64,000 nt of DNA from Basidiobolus meristosporus CBS 931.73 (taxonomy: Eukaryota; Fungi; Basidiobolomycota): assembly GCA_002104905.1 (NCBI GenBank), contig MCFE01000270.1:1-64000 (forward strand), given 5' to 3'. A program made the translations under genes and the position numbers. Below, piece by piece: positions 27,601-38,799 of this stretch; the stretch's first letter is position 1; every line of letters starts with the position of its first letter. The notes under the pieces were generated by a model, which saw only the letters and a list, made by a program, of their open reading frames with translations, had not been told where the DNA came from and did no database searches.

Positions 27601-28350
27601 ATTAGTGTGATCACTGCTACCTGCTGCTACCTGAACTTCCAACCACAGACCACAGGACACTCCCAGGAAACCGCGCTGAGAGCCTACTGACCTTGGAGGC
27701 ACTACTTGTAAGGAATACTCAGAGTAGGTATCTTTTGTTATATTTGATTCTTTCCCAAGTTTGTTCTTGTACAGGCAAAGATACTTTTCTGTCTTTGCAA
27801 CTATTTACCACAGCTGCATTCTTATCAAGTCCCTGCTGGTGTAGCTTACAGTTATTTTGACTTTGGAAGCTTTAGTACATGGTCATCTCAAAGGACACTG
27901 AACCCAGCACATACTTTTGTTAAGACACCAACTAAGTTGGTGATTATGGCTCAATAGTTTTCCCTTGACAAGCTTGTGGCTTTATTCTCCTTCACATTAG
28001 ATTAGAGACAGAACCCAAGTATTCCTAGCAAGCTTTTGCCAGAGGTCATTGCACCCAGTGAACGCCCCACACACTAAACACTTGAGAAATGTTGGACATA
28101 TCGCTCCCTTGGACCTATACACCACCACAGTGCACCTATAAGGAGGACTACAATCCAGCAGGGAGAAGGATTTTATTAGCTAAATACCAAGAAGTTCTTT
28201 GCAGATATTCAGGAGGTATTCATGGCAGTAGTGGCAACAACCAAGTTTATGTTTGCAAGATGTATATATTACCAGCAGTTCAAGGTATATGGCAACTTTA
28301 CAAGTATTACACTGAAAAGTCATAAAATTGAGGTGATAGAAGTATGTCAA
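24650..28350 (+). pseudogene. CACTA/En-Spm transposase, split by solo LTR 27060-28129
   Basis: N-terminal CGYCGRPLSHKACRQH zinc-finger-like motif. Core 25493-26131 (LNLPP, GPKSP, YLYPLLDEL). C-terminus 26364-26918 (HSLLH...GPCFNFWEFPME). Confidence 0.88.
27060..28129 (+). mobile_element. Solo LTR, family L (1070 bp)
   Basis: TGTAGTGGGG...CACCACCACA, TATA-like TATATAAGGGAGG near 27537, flanks GCAC/GTGC. Confidence 0.88.
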
Positions 28351-29589
28351 TTGTGGCAGGGGTGCATGTTTTTGTGTAGGGATACTGTGTGCAAAATGAT
28401 CAAAGATCAGCTAGTTTCTGGAGTGAAACTGCTTCCTTAGCTAATTTGGAGCACTCTAAATCCTCCTTTTATGAGCAACAAGCCAGAAAACTGCTCAAGC
28501 ACTTTGGGCTAATCATAACCAAGAAATAATCAGTTTTTAGTCACTCAGATCAGTGCAAACCTACTAAGTTTTAATCCTTAGGTACAATAGAGTATTTAAT
28601 CACTTTTGTTGATGGTTATGCATAATACATGCAGGTCTACTTCATGGAAAAAACAGAAGAAGCTGTGTCTAAGCTCAGGGAGTGTATAGCAATGCTGCAG
28701 GGAGATACTGGTGAAAAAATCAAGAAAATATGCACAATCAATGGTGGTAAACCTGCCTCAACACTGTTCATTCACTTCTGCAGAGTTCACAAGATAAACT
28801 AAGGGACTGCTGTATCTTACTTTCCATTGTAAAATGGAGTGGTAGAATGTACAAATAGATTAATAATTGATATGGCAAGATCTAGGATTGTTAATCAAAA
28901 TTTTCCTATGATTTATATGTGGAATCAATTTCTACAGCTGTATACCTTGCAAATAGGTGTTATGGCAAAATACTTTGTGATTCTCCTTCATTTCAAGCAT
29001 GATATGGGTACGCAGCATCTGCTAAGAGACTGCCTGAAAATCAGTCAAGATATGAGCCAAAAAGTGTAAAATACATATTTATGAGCCACTGAAATGAGAG
29101 TAATTCATACAGACTCTACAATACTAAAGCAAAGAAGCTGACCAAGCCCAGGGATGTTTTTATGCTGAGAATTCAAACTTTAAGAAAGTGACTTCAGATA
29201 ATGATGAATATCTGATCTCAAGTCTACCAATAGTTGGGATTGAATCAGAGCAAAACAATGAAAATTTTTTTACTGCAGAGAGCTCTTCAGTTATGGTCCA
29301 GCCTGATTCAGTGCCTGATATATATCCCAGTAGTGAAAGCTCAAGCAGCACAGGCCCAGAGATCAAACCAGACCAAAAGGCCCAAATTACTATATCAATG
29401 AGGGTACAGACTCAGCCAATGCCTATTCAGTCCATATTGATGAGCCCTAGACCTTAGAAAAGGCTCTAAATAGCCCTCAGACAGACTTTTGGAGATCTGC
29501 AATAATTGAAGAATATTGACCCCTGATGCAAAATCAAAGTTTGATCATAGTCAAAATGATTCAGACTATTATTGGTTGATAGTTTTTAT

Positions 29590-30366
29590 TAGTAAAAACT
29601 GCAGCACTCCTTGCATACTTGTCTCCAGCTTAGGTAGACTCTTTTCCTTTACCTTTACCTGTGACACTGCCAGGTTGTTCATTAGTACTTTGATAAAGTC
29701 CCATACCCTTCACTGCTACTTCAACTGAGTGCTTCTTAATTTATATTACATTTTGCCTTGCTAAATGCTGCACTAGTGCATTTGTTTCTGAATGCTTGTC
29801 CCTTATCAGCACTCTTCTGTGTACCTGACATTTATTTACCATTTGTTTTGACTTTCAGCTCTGCTTGCAACAGGCTTTTGAGGAAGCTACTAGTTTTATC
29901 CTTGCCAGTTCCTTCACTGCTACTTTTGACTGAGTACTTCTTGAGTAATATTACACTCTGTACATGTTAAATACTGCACTGGTGCTCTCATTTCTGCCTG
30001 CTTGTCCCTAGCAAGCGCTGTTTGGGCTACCCAATATTTTTTGCTACTTGCTTAGAGCTTTTGGCTCTGATAGTGACAGGCTCTTGAGGAAATGGCCAAT
30101 TACTAGCTGTGACACCCAAGTTCTTCTGCCTTGATAGTTCCTGTTATTCTTGCAATACTGTCTAAGCATACCAATACTTCCCCAAAATTTTGTTTGTTTC
30201 AATGAGTCTAGGATAATGCTCATGTAAAAGATTAATTGCCTTCTGCTTTGCCTTTGGCTCCAGATGATCCCATGGTATGCTGGCCTTAAGGTGATGGCAG
30301 GCTAGACTACTTACAGCCACTAGAATATTAGCTTACTCTTCATCATAGCACTCAATGGTTTCAAGT
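29590..30366 (-). pseudogene. CACTA ORF2 fragment
   Basis: Homologous to 23050-23780. Confidence 0.7.
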
Positions 30367-30716
30367 TGTTGTAAGAGTCTTGGAGATATTAGAAGTGATT
30401 GGAAGAATAAGAAGACTGAGTGGTTATTGCTTAATGAATTACTTGATGTAAAAATGGTAATTATACTTTTACATTGCCTTGGCATAACAGGCACATAGAT
30501 TAGGTATAGAAAGGTCCTAAGAGCATATGTGCAAGTTTTAGGGCTATTTGGACAACTTGGAGAATTTTCAATTTCTGAGTACCTGATATTTTGGTGAGAA
30601 TATTCTAAGTAAATCCTAACAAGGAATTTGGTCAGGATTCTCTAGGATTTGAAGGTAATGATCTAACTGACTAAGCTAGGTGAATATTTAGGTGGAATTA
30701 CTAATTTTTTACCATA
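30367..30716 (-). repeat. Copia-1 LTR, no matching TSD
   Basis: Reverse-complement homology to 1032-1378. The flanks CAAGT/AATAA differ. Confidence 0.8.
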
Positions 30717-30719
30717 AAT

Positions 30720-30982
30720 AATACATGTAGTGCAATCAATATCCCAGATAGAAAAAACAGTATCTTTGCTGCAAAGAAAGAACTAAAATAGCTCAATGTC
30801 ACAGCCAAGAAATGGGCCATTTCCAATGTTACAGCAGAGAAACACTGTACAGTCATTGAAGCATAACAACATTGCCCAAATATAAATCCCACAGAGAAAT
30901 CTATCACAGCATGGGAGGGAGTCAGTGTGGTTTTATACCAAAGCCTAAAAATCAAAAGACAATGAAGATCTGTGAAGCCATT
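30720..30982 (+). pseudogene. CACTA ORF2 fragment in the opposite orientation to 29590-30366
   Basis: Matches 62590-62845. Confidence 0.7.
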
Positions 30983-31200
30983 CCCTAAGAAAATAAAATT
31001 AAGAAAAGGCCAGCAAAGCACCATTATAATATCAGCTGAATTCCAAGTTCCTCAAAATTGACAACTCTCAATATCTCTACCACTAGCTTATGAGTAGGCA
31101 AGCAAACAAGTTCTCCAGGAGGAGACTAGACCATGTAGTATCCATGCCAAATTTGGTAATTGGCTGCCAATTGCTTGCATCACAAAGTGCATTTGAAATT
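30983..31200 (+). mobile_element. ~220-bp CCCTA-type MITE-like element
   Basis: Starts CCCTAAGAAAAT after ATT. Second copy at 10996-11219. Confidence 0.6.
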
Positions 31201-31204
31201 TTGA

Positions 31205-33159
31205 AAATATTCTAAGTAAATTCCACAAGAAATTTGCTCAGTATCTTCTAAGATTCATAGATAAAGACCTAAGTTACTAAGTTAGGTGGATATTAAGATG
31301 ATATGCAAATCTTTACAACACCCACAATCAGCTAAATGCTCATACTGACTAGTCCTAATATAGACCTAAGATAATCATATTTGTTGCTAGCTAATGGTTT
31401 AGTTGCTATGACTGCAATCATTTCATTGTTATAACAGTAAATAAGTTAACTAAGCTATTCTCTATAGATTTACATATGAAATGATATATATAAATATACA
31501 CAGTACTAGCATGAACTACTGGATATTTACATAATAGACTTGCTCCATCATTCCAGCTGATCATAGTGCTCAATAGTGCCATAGCATGCCAGATGGTGCC
31601 TGATCATGCCACAGAGTGCCAGATGATGCCATACAGTGCTGATTTGGGATCAAAATTGACATGCATATGACCCTAAAATATCAAATTAATAACAAAATAT
31701 ACAGCACTCTCTGGCACTATGATCAATGGCACAATGGAACAAGTCTAATTATACATATCCGTTATTATCTTGAAATAAAGTAGATGGCATTTTGTGACCT
31801 AAGCCTAAGTCTTCAAAAACCTTTCTTTGCCTCATTGCTTCTTTTGTAGCATCACTAGCTGGCATATACTCTGCCTCTGCAGTGGGAATAGCTTTGGTTA
31901 ATTGCTTTCTTGAATTCAAGAAAATTGCTCCCTTACAGCAAAGAAAGGTGCATGCCGTGATGGATCTTCTGTCTTCTATATTTTGCCCCCAATCAGCATC
32001 AGCATATCCCAAAAGTTCTTGTACTGAATACTTATAGATGTACCTAAACCAGATATGAGCTGTTCTTTTCAGGTATCTATAAAATGACCTAACTACTGCA
32101 ATATGATTAGATCCATGTTTCTGATTATGCTGGCAGACAACTCCCACTGAATATGAGATATCTCAATGTGTTCCAACAATAGTATACGTCAGGCTGCCAG
32201 ACATCTGCTGATAAGGGAGTTCTGGGCTTTCATATGTCAATAAGCTCTCTATGTATAGTTGAGTTTTTGCCAACTTGTGGTTTGTATCCATTTAGATAGC
32301 TGCAAGTTTAGAGTCTTCCATTTAATACTTCTTGAGTATATCTTAAATGTAGTTGGACTGGCTTAGGTGAAAGTTCGGGTACTTCTGTCTATGGAGCTAC
32401 TTATCCCTAACTATTAACTGAGCTCCCTAAGAGCAGACATCTTGAACTCCTTAAAATGGCTGGATTTAGTCTCCTCTAAGGTTTCTAGGTCATTGGTAGC
32501 TATAGTAAGAGCATACACAAACAAAGCCAAAAGAACTATATTAGTTCCATCTGGCATATAGTAGATACTGTAGTAAGCAGTACTTCTTTGTAAGCTGAAT
32601 GATCCAAATAAGAGCTTATTATTCAATTCCAAGGTCTTGGTGATTGTTTGAGACTCTAAGGAGAATTTTAAGATTGCAGGCCAAACAGGGATTATCTTGG
32701 TCAGTAAACACATCAGGCTGGTCCATATACATGTCCTCACCAAGTTCCACATTCAAGAGTTCAGCTTTTATATCCATTTGATGAATAAGGTACTTCTATA
32801 TGGCTGTTATAGCCAACATGAGTCTACTCAGATCAAAGCTGGCTACTGGTGTAAAGATTACAGTATTGTCAAGTCCTTTTGCTTAAGAGTATTCTTTGGT
32901 AGCAAGTTATTCTTTTTATCATTGACTTTTATCAACACCCTTGCATTTTGTCTTGAAGACCCATCTTCATCCAACTGACTTTTGGTTGGTTTGTAATATG
33001 GGCAAGTCCCAAGTTTATTCATACATCAGGGCCTAATACTCCTTGGGCATTGCCAATCTTCCAGACTATTTCTCAAGGCTCTTTAAGGCCTATTTTACAG
33101 TGTTGGTCACATCATTATGTACCAAATAGGCATAAACAAAGATTGTTCCCTCATTGATA
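31205..33159 (-). mobile_element. Copia-1 copy 4 (partial 3' LTR 31205-31320, RNaseH, RT)
   Basis: ORF 31749-32147 (LLGYADADWGQ...FQDN). LTR homology to 8762-8880. Confidence 0.82.
31536..31746. mobile_element. 211-bp PHIS MITE with AAT TSD
   Basis: AGACTTGCTCCA...TGGAACAAGTCT termini, AAT at 31533-35 and 31747-49, internal GTGCCA/TGGCAC repeats. Removing it restores the Copia RNase H. Confidence 0.85.
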
Positions 33160-36100
33160 TGTCATGAACTGCTGCTTGAATGTTTAAGGTGGATCATCTT
33201 TTAGTCATGTCAATTACTTTTATGTTTAGCCCATCAGTAAATCAGTGTTATCTATAGAATCAGCAGTATTAGTTAGCAGATGAATCAGCAGATCCTTATC
33301 TGATAGAAATAGATATAATAGATAAGATCTAAGTGGGAGATGATGATGCAAACAAATGAGTTATCAGCCACAACCTACATTAGGAAATACAAATAATCAG
33401 CAATTGATCTGCAAAATGTATGCAAGGAGCTACTGGAACCTCAATAAAAACCAGTTTAGGTTTTAGTGACTACAATACTAGCTAAACTCCCTATTCCTCC
33501 ACAACTCCAATATCAAGACTTGTAACATTGGTATCAGCAATAACCAGTAACCTCTCTCCTGAAGAAAGAAATAGCCTACCTCAAGATGTCAGAAATCAAG
33601 AATGGAGGAATGCTATGCAGTATATCCTGGCCCAACTATAGCATTTACTCCAGATCCTCAGGCAGCAGCAACAAGGGAGGACTACCATGACCCACAACTA
33701 GGGAAGCTCTGTTAAGAGCAACTTTAGTTTGAAGGTCAATTGGTATTAAGGTGGAGCTCATAAAAACCTGGGAACTTGGCTCTTTTAAATTGTAGAGGCT
33801 CTTAAGGCTAAACAAATTGCTCTAGAAAGCAAGTTCCATTTAGCAGCTTCTTACCTAGTAGATGCAGCTTTATAGTGGTACCACAACAAGATCAGGTGAG
33901 CCACCATTATGGGATGCTATGCCATCCCTACCTGTGATGAGTTTATGTCAGAAATTCCAGATGCTTTTAAACCCCAACACCAGCAGCCACAACTAAAAAG
34001 GAAGTTGAAGATACTCAGACAGAAGGAATGGTTCAGGAGTACATCCATGGATACAGATGTCTACTTGGACAAATTGAAAGTATGGGCCCCCTGGATCAAG
34101 TTGAGTACTTTATTCAAGGGTTCAGAGAAAGAACTTGCAAGGATGTGAGTTGTTGAAGGCCTCAGAAACTGAGGAAGAAGACAATTGGAAATAGTGCCAT
34201 TGGGAATAGACACTATGCAGTAGAGTCCTACCCCAGAAGAATGTAAGAAGAAAGGACTTGGCTTTAATTACCACAACAGGGACATATTGCAAAGTACTGC
34301 CCTCAGAGAAGAAATGGACACCAGTCAGCAAGAACCTTGAGCCATATTGAAGCCCTCAAGCACAGTAACATGGAGCATGAACTTGAAGAAGACTCAGCAT
34401 TCAACACTTATGAGACAGAAGACTACCTATCCCAGATGACCTCAAACTCGGGAAAGCAATTATACTTGGATGGAGTATTCACTGGAGTACCTGCCAAGAG
34501 CATGAATGACTCAGGAGCATCACATGAGTACATGTCAGAGCAGTTTGCCCTGATTGCTGGAAACAACTAGGAACCTACCATATCAACTTCATTCCTGAAG
34601 ATCAATGATTATGAAGAAGTCCTACAGGCCTATATATGTTGGAACTGCAAGTTTGACCAGGTATTTGCAAAAAGCTTGCTATTTTGTGCAATCTATCACT
34701 CATCTGGAGAACCCATGCTACTCAGGTCCAGAAGGACAGCAAGACCTATGAGCTGTTACCTGCCAGACTGGATTTGAACTTGGTCAATTCCAGTGTGTGC
34801 AATGCAAGTGAACTTGGCAAGACACAGTTCTGTAGAGCACCTAGAAAAGGTGCTCAGATGCTCCTCATGGCAACATTATACAAGAACTTTGATACTCTAG
34901 CATCCCAGAAGGTCAATACTCTTCTGAAGCAATATTCAGATTTGTTTCCAGATAAGCTTGTATGCCTACAACTAATCAAATATGTGGATTATGCCATTGA
35001 CACAAGAGATAGCTCTCCAGTGAGTAAGACATCTTATAGAATGAGCTCATTGGAGTTGGAAGAGATTAAGAGACAAGTAGACTGTTATTAGAGCAAGGAT
35101 ATATAATGTCCAGCAAGTCACCTTGGGGAGCACCAGTGCTTTTTGTAAAAAAGAAGGATGGAGCACTCAGGATGTGCATTGACTACAGAGCCCTCAAGTC
35201 AATTACCATGAAGAATTGATACTCCATACCATGAATTGATGAGCTTTTGGACCAACTCAATGGGGCCACTATATTCAGCAAGATTGGCCTCATGTCAGGA
35301 TACAACCAGATTAGGGTGAAGCCAGAAGACATCCCTAAGACAGTATTCAGGGCCATATATGGACACTACAAGTACTAGTCATGAGTTTTGCCCTCACCAA
35401 TGGCCCTGCAACATGCACGGCCTTGATGCTAACAGTCTTCCTGGAGTACTTAGACAAGTCTGTGGTAATCTACCTAAACAACATATTGATATACAGTAAG
35501 ACAGAAGAAGAATGCGTTGTGCATGTTGAAAAGGTCTTGAAGGAGCTAAGAGACAACAAACTATATGGCAAGCTAGCAAAGTCAGAATCTTTGACACAAC
35601 ATGTTTAATACCTAGGACACATAGTGACTAGCACAGCAGTGACTTTACACCCCAAGTAGGTTAAGTCATCAAGAATCTGAAGCGGCCCTATACTATAGGA
35701 GAGCTCAGATCATTCCTTGCAATGGTTTCCTACTATTGGGGACTTGTCAAGTCTTTTGCAAGTATTACAGCCCCTTTAACTGATATCTTCAAGAAAGACA
35801 ATACTTTGAAGTGGGTCATAGCCTGTGAGACTGCCTTTCTGATGCTCCAGAATGAACTTGCTAAGCTATCAAGCTTAAGAATTCCAGACCTCTGAAAAGA
35901 GTTTACTCTATGCACAAATGCTCAGACTATGCAATTGGTGAGTACTGAGCTTAGAACATCAGGGAAAGGAAAACTCAGTTGCTTTTCAGTCCAAGAAATG
36001 GAACTCTGCAGAACAGAACTATTCAGCGCAGTAGAAGGAGATGCTTGCCATAATACACTACTTGAAGACCTGGGGATGCTACATTGAATGGGCCAAGTGC

Positions 36101-37040
36101 ACTGTGAGAACTGGCCATGCCTCACTCAAGTATATATTTACTCAGAAAGTACTATCCAGAAGAATGACAAGATGGAGTGAGTACATTCAGCAATTTGCCT
36201 CCAAGATTATCTACTGCCCTGGGAAAAATAACACTGTTGCTGATGCCTTATCAAGACTAGAACAAGTTGCACAACTCAACTTGGTGCATGAACCAGATTG
36301 TCCTAGCTCATTATCAAAGTACTTAACAGACCAAGCTATTAATGTTGAGGTGGATGAAGAGGTTATCACAATAATTGGGGATGAAGCCAGCAAATTTGTG
36401 TTACAGGATGGAGCACTCTACCAAATTGTAGAAGGAAGCCATATTGCCTATTGTCCTTATGTTGCTTGCCTGGATATAATACAGAAGCTACACAATGGAT
36501 ATGGACATCTTGGAATTGAAGGAGCATATAGCCTTATGAAAGCCAGAGAACAGTAGCCCAGAATGAAACATGACATTGAGAAGCTAGTGAAAACATGCCC
36601 AAGTTGCCAAATCAACCAAGGCCAACCACAGAGAATTACTGAACTCTTTCCCCTGGAGCCTGTAAGCCCATTTGACAGATGGGAAATTGTCTATATTGGA
36701 AGACTGCCAACCACAAGAAAATGCATCCATTGGATCCTAGGAGCAATTGACCATGCCCCTAAATGGCCAGTGGCTGAAGCTGTAACTGTAGCCAATGAAC
36801 AAGAAGCTGTAAGTCTCATCTACCGTGACATCATGATGAAGTTTGCATCCCCTGTAGAGATTTTATCCAATAGAGGGGCAAACTTTATGGCAAAGACATT
36901 AGAAGCTTACCAGGATGTGCAGCAGATCAAACACTTGAAAACCTTGGCACACCACCCTAGAACCAATGGAGTAATTGAGTGGTTTGATGGATTACTTGGA
37001 AAATGCTGACAAAGTGTGCAAATGGAGCTGTCAGTAGATG
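33160..37040 (+). mobile_element. Ty3/Gypsy family 2, 3' truncated (5' LTR 33160-33527, gag-pol to integrase core)
   Basis: LTR followed by TTGGTATCAG PBS. Motifs [54 protein letters not shown]. Confidence 0.9.
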
Positions 37041-37049
37041 GGATAAGTA

Positions 37050-37270
37050 TATAGCAAAAATTCACTTTCTTGCTCTAATTCAATCCTGACTACCAGTGAG
37101 CTTGAGAGCAGATTCTTGCTATCATTTAATGTCATCTTATGTGAATATCTCAAAATTTCATCAACTGACACATGCCTAGACTTGATCAGCTTGTTTGCTA
37201 TGGTATTACAGAGTTGATGAGCTTTACTATCATTATGGTAATCCAAAAATTTGCATTTTACAATTTTGGC
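37050..37270 (-). pseudogene. Copia integrase C-terminal fragment
   Basis: ORF 37031-37246 contains LIKSRHVSVDE. It is probably the upstream continuation of copy 4. Confidence 0.55.
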
Positions 37271-38799
37271 TCAAAGTTTGTATGATTCCTTAACCTCAAT
37301 TGCCAATTGTATTGACCTATACAAGGCCCTACACCCTACACTAACATTAAGCCCAACCCTGCACTCAATAAGTAAATCATTTAAGTCCAACTCTCAATAA
37401 ATAATTCTGCTGTAATGCTCTGTTTGCATGACTTTGGCAGGAACCCTATGGCTTTATGCCAGTGTTCACTCTCTGATTCCCATACATACTGGTCTACAGC
37501 TCACATTGCAAGGTCTAGCATCTCATCTCCCAGTCTTTGCAATAAATCCTTCTAATATTCAAGAGCATACTCTTGAGCTCTGCTCTTGCAGAAGTGCTGC
37601 AACCTCTAGGTGTGCCTATTAAGGTTCCAAAATTTCACTGAAGGCATTGTGATTACTTTGTGATTTCTTGACATTTTTGCTTTGTCTGTCAGTTGGATCT
37701 CCACTCTGTAAACAATGGAAGATGTGGAGGGAATGGTAGACTAATTGCCTTTCTCTGCAAACTAATCTGCCTCACTGGAGTGCAGCTCTACTGGCTGCAC
37801 TTCCAACTCTTATGAAAACAGCTGCTTTCTAGTTTGTGATTCTGCTTGGCTATGATGGAATTCAGTCTGTTCCAGGCTTAATACTTTAATTGGCAAGAAC
37901 TGCTGCTTTCATCTTACTCATCCCTGTCTCCAGTTTGGGTAGACTTTTTTCCCTTTACCTCTTTCTTTTTCACTGCCAGGTCATTAGACTTGTTCCACTG
38001 TACCATGCCAGGGCATGCGGCGCAATCCGCAGTTGTAAGAATGATCAGGTGCGCTATAATAGCTACCAGAAGGCAGGATTGTTCTTGGACAATTTTGCAC
38101 TATGCGGGAGGATCTTGCACACTAAGGCACAATCTGACACAATGAGGTTGGCACAAATGATCACGCCAACTTGTAATGTTTGTATCACGTGCGCAATCAG
38201 ATACTGCTATTATGGCAGGTAAAATCTGGTATTTGGATATGTTTCTTTAGTGTAAATGGAAATAAATGTGTTTCACACTATAAACTACACTGATACTTAC
38301 CATTTTGGTTACCCTCACTTCAATTGGACGGTATCTCAGTGGTTAATTGGTTCAAAAGTATCCTGAAGCTAGTAGCCCCCAATTGGCTCATTGACTACTG
38401 AAAAAGCTACCTGATTTGCCATCAAATATCCCATTTTGCCCATTGAGCAAGTAAATCCCTGATCCTAGTGATTGGACAAGGTGTCATAGCTAGCACGCAA
38501 GCAATTGTGTAGGTGCAAAACAGATCCAATAGCTGCACTGGTATTACAGATGACATATATATATGCAGGGTGTTGATTTATAGGGGTTCTGTCTCAAATG
38601 TGAGATGACCTTGATATTACTTATATCCAAAATTTGATGATCACTGATTTGTGATGGCTCAATTTGGGTTGCAAAAAAAATGGGTTGATGGGATCATTAC
38701 AAATGTGAGCAATTCAAAACAATTGTATCATCTTCTCTTGGGTTTTTTTCTCACAGGGATTACTACTGAAGCATCTGGTAGTGACTCATTTTGCACACC

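Larger units (their letters stand above)
22079..28381. mobile_element. CACTA family copy B, most complete copy, 3-bp TSD ATA
   Basis: Left CCCTACAAAAAATTATT, right ...TTTTGTGTAGGG. ATA at 22076-78 and 28382-84. Divergent ORF2 (-) and transposase (+). Confidence 0.88.
20866..29518 (+). mobile_element. Copia-1 copy 3 internal region (20866-22078 and 28382-29518), split by CACTA copy B
   Basis: Homologous to 1450-3190 plus the integrase C-terminus. The sequence is continuous across the CACTA-B insertion. Confidence 0.8.

Noticed and set aside
27054-28135. Apparent 6-bp TSD GTGCAC
   Set aside because: Other L insertions have 4-bp TSDs, and a 6-bp TSD would make the host 2 bp shorter than the paralog at 59455-59475. 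GCGC decayed on opposite strands fits both facts.
29519-29590. CCCTGATG as another CACTA terminus
   Set aside because: It does not match CCCTACG beyond 4 bp, and there is no subterminal motif, partner end or TSD.
31550-31740. GTGCCA/TGGCAC repeats as a CRISPR-like array
   Set aside because: The motifs are 6-9 bp, irregularly spaced and in both orientations inside a TIR- and TSD-bounded MITE. They are subterminal repeats.
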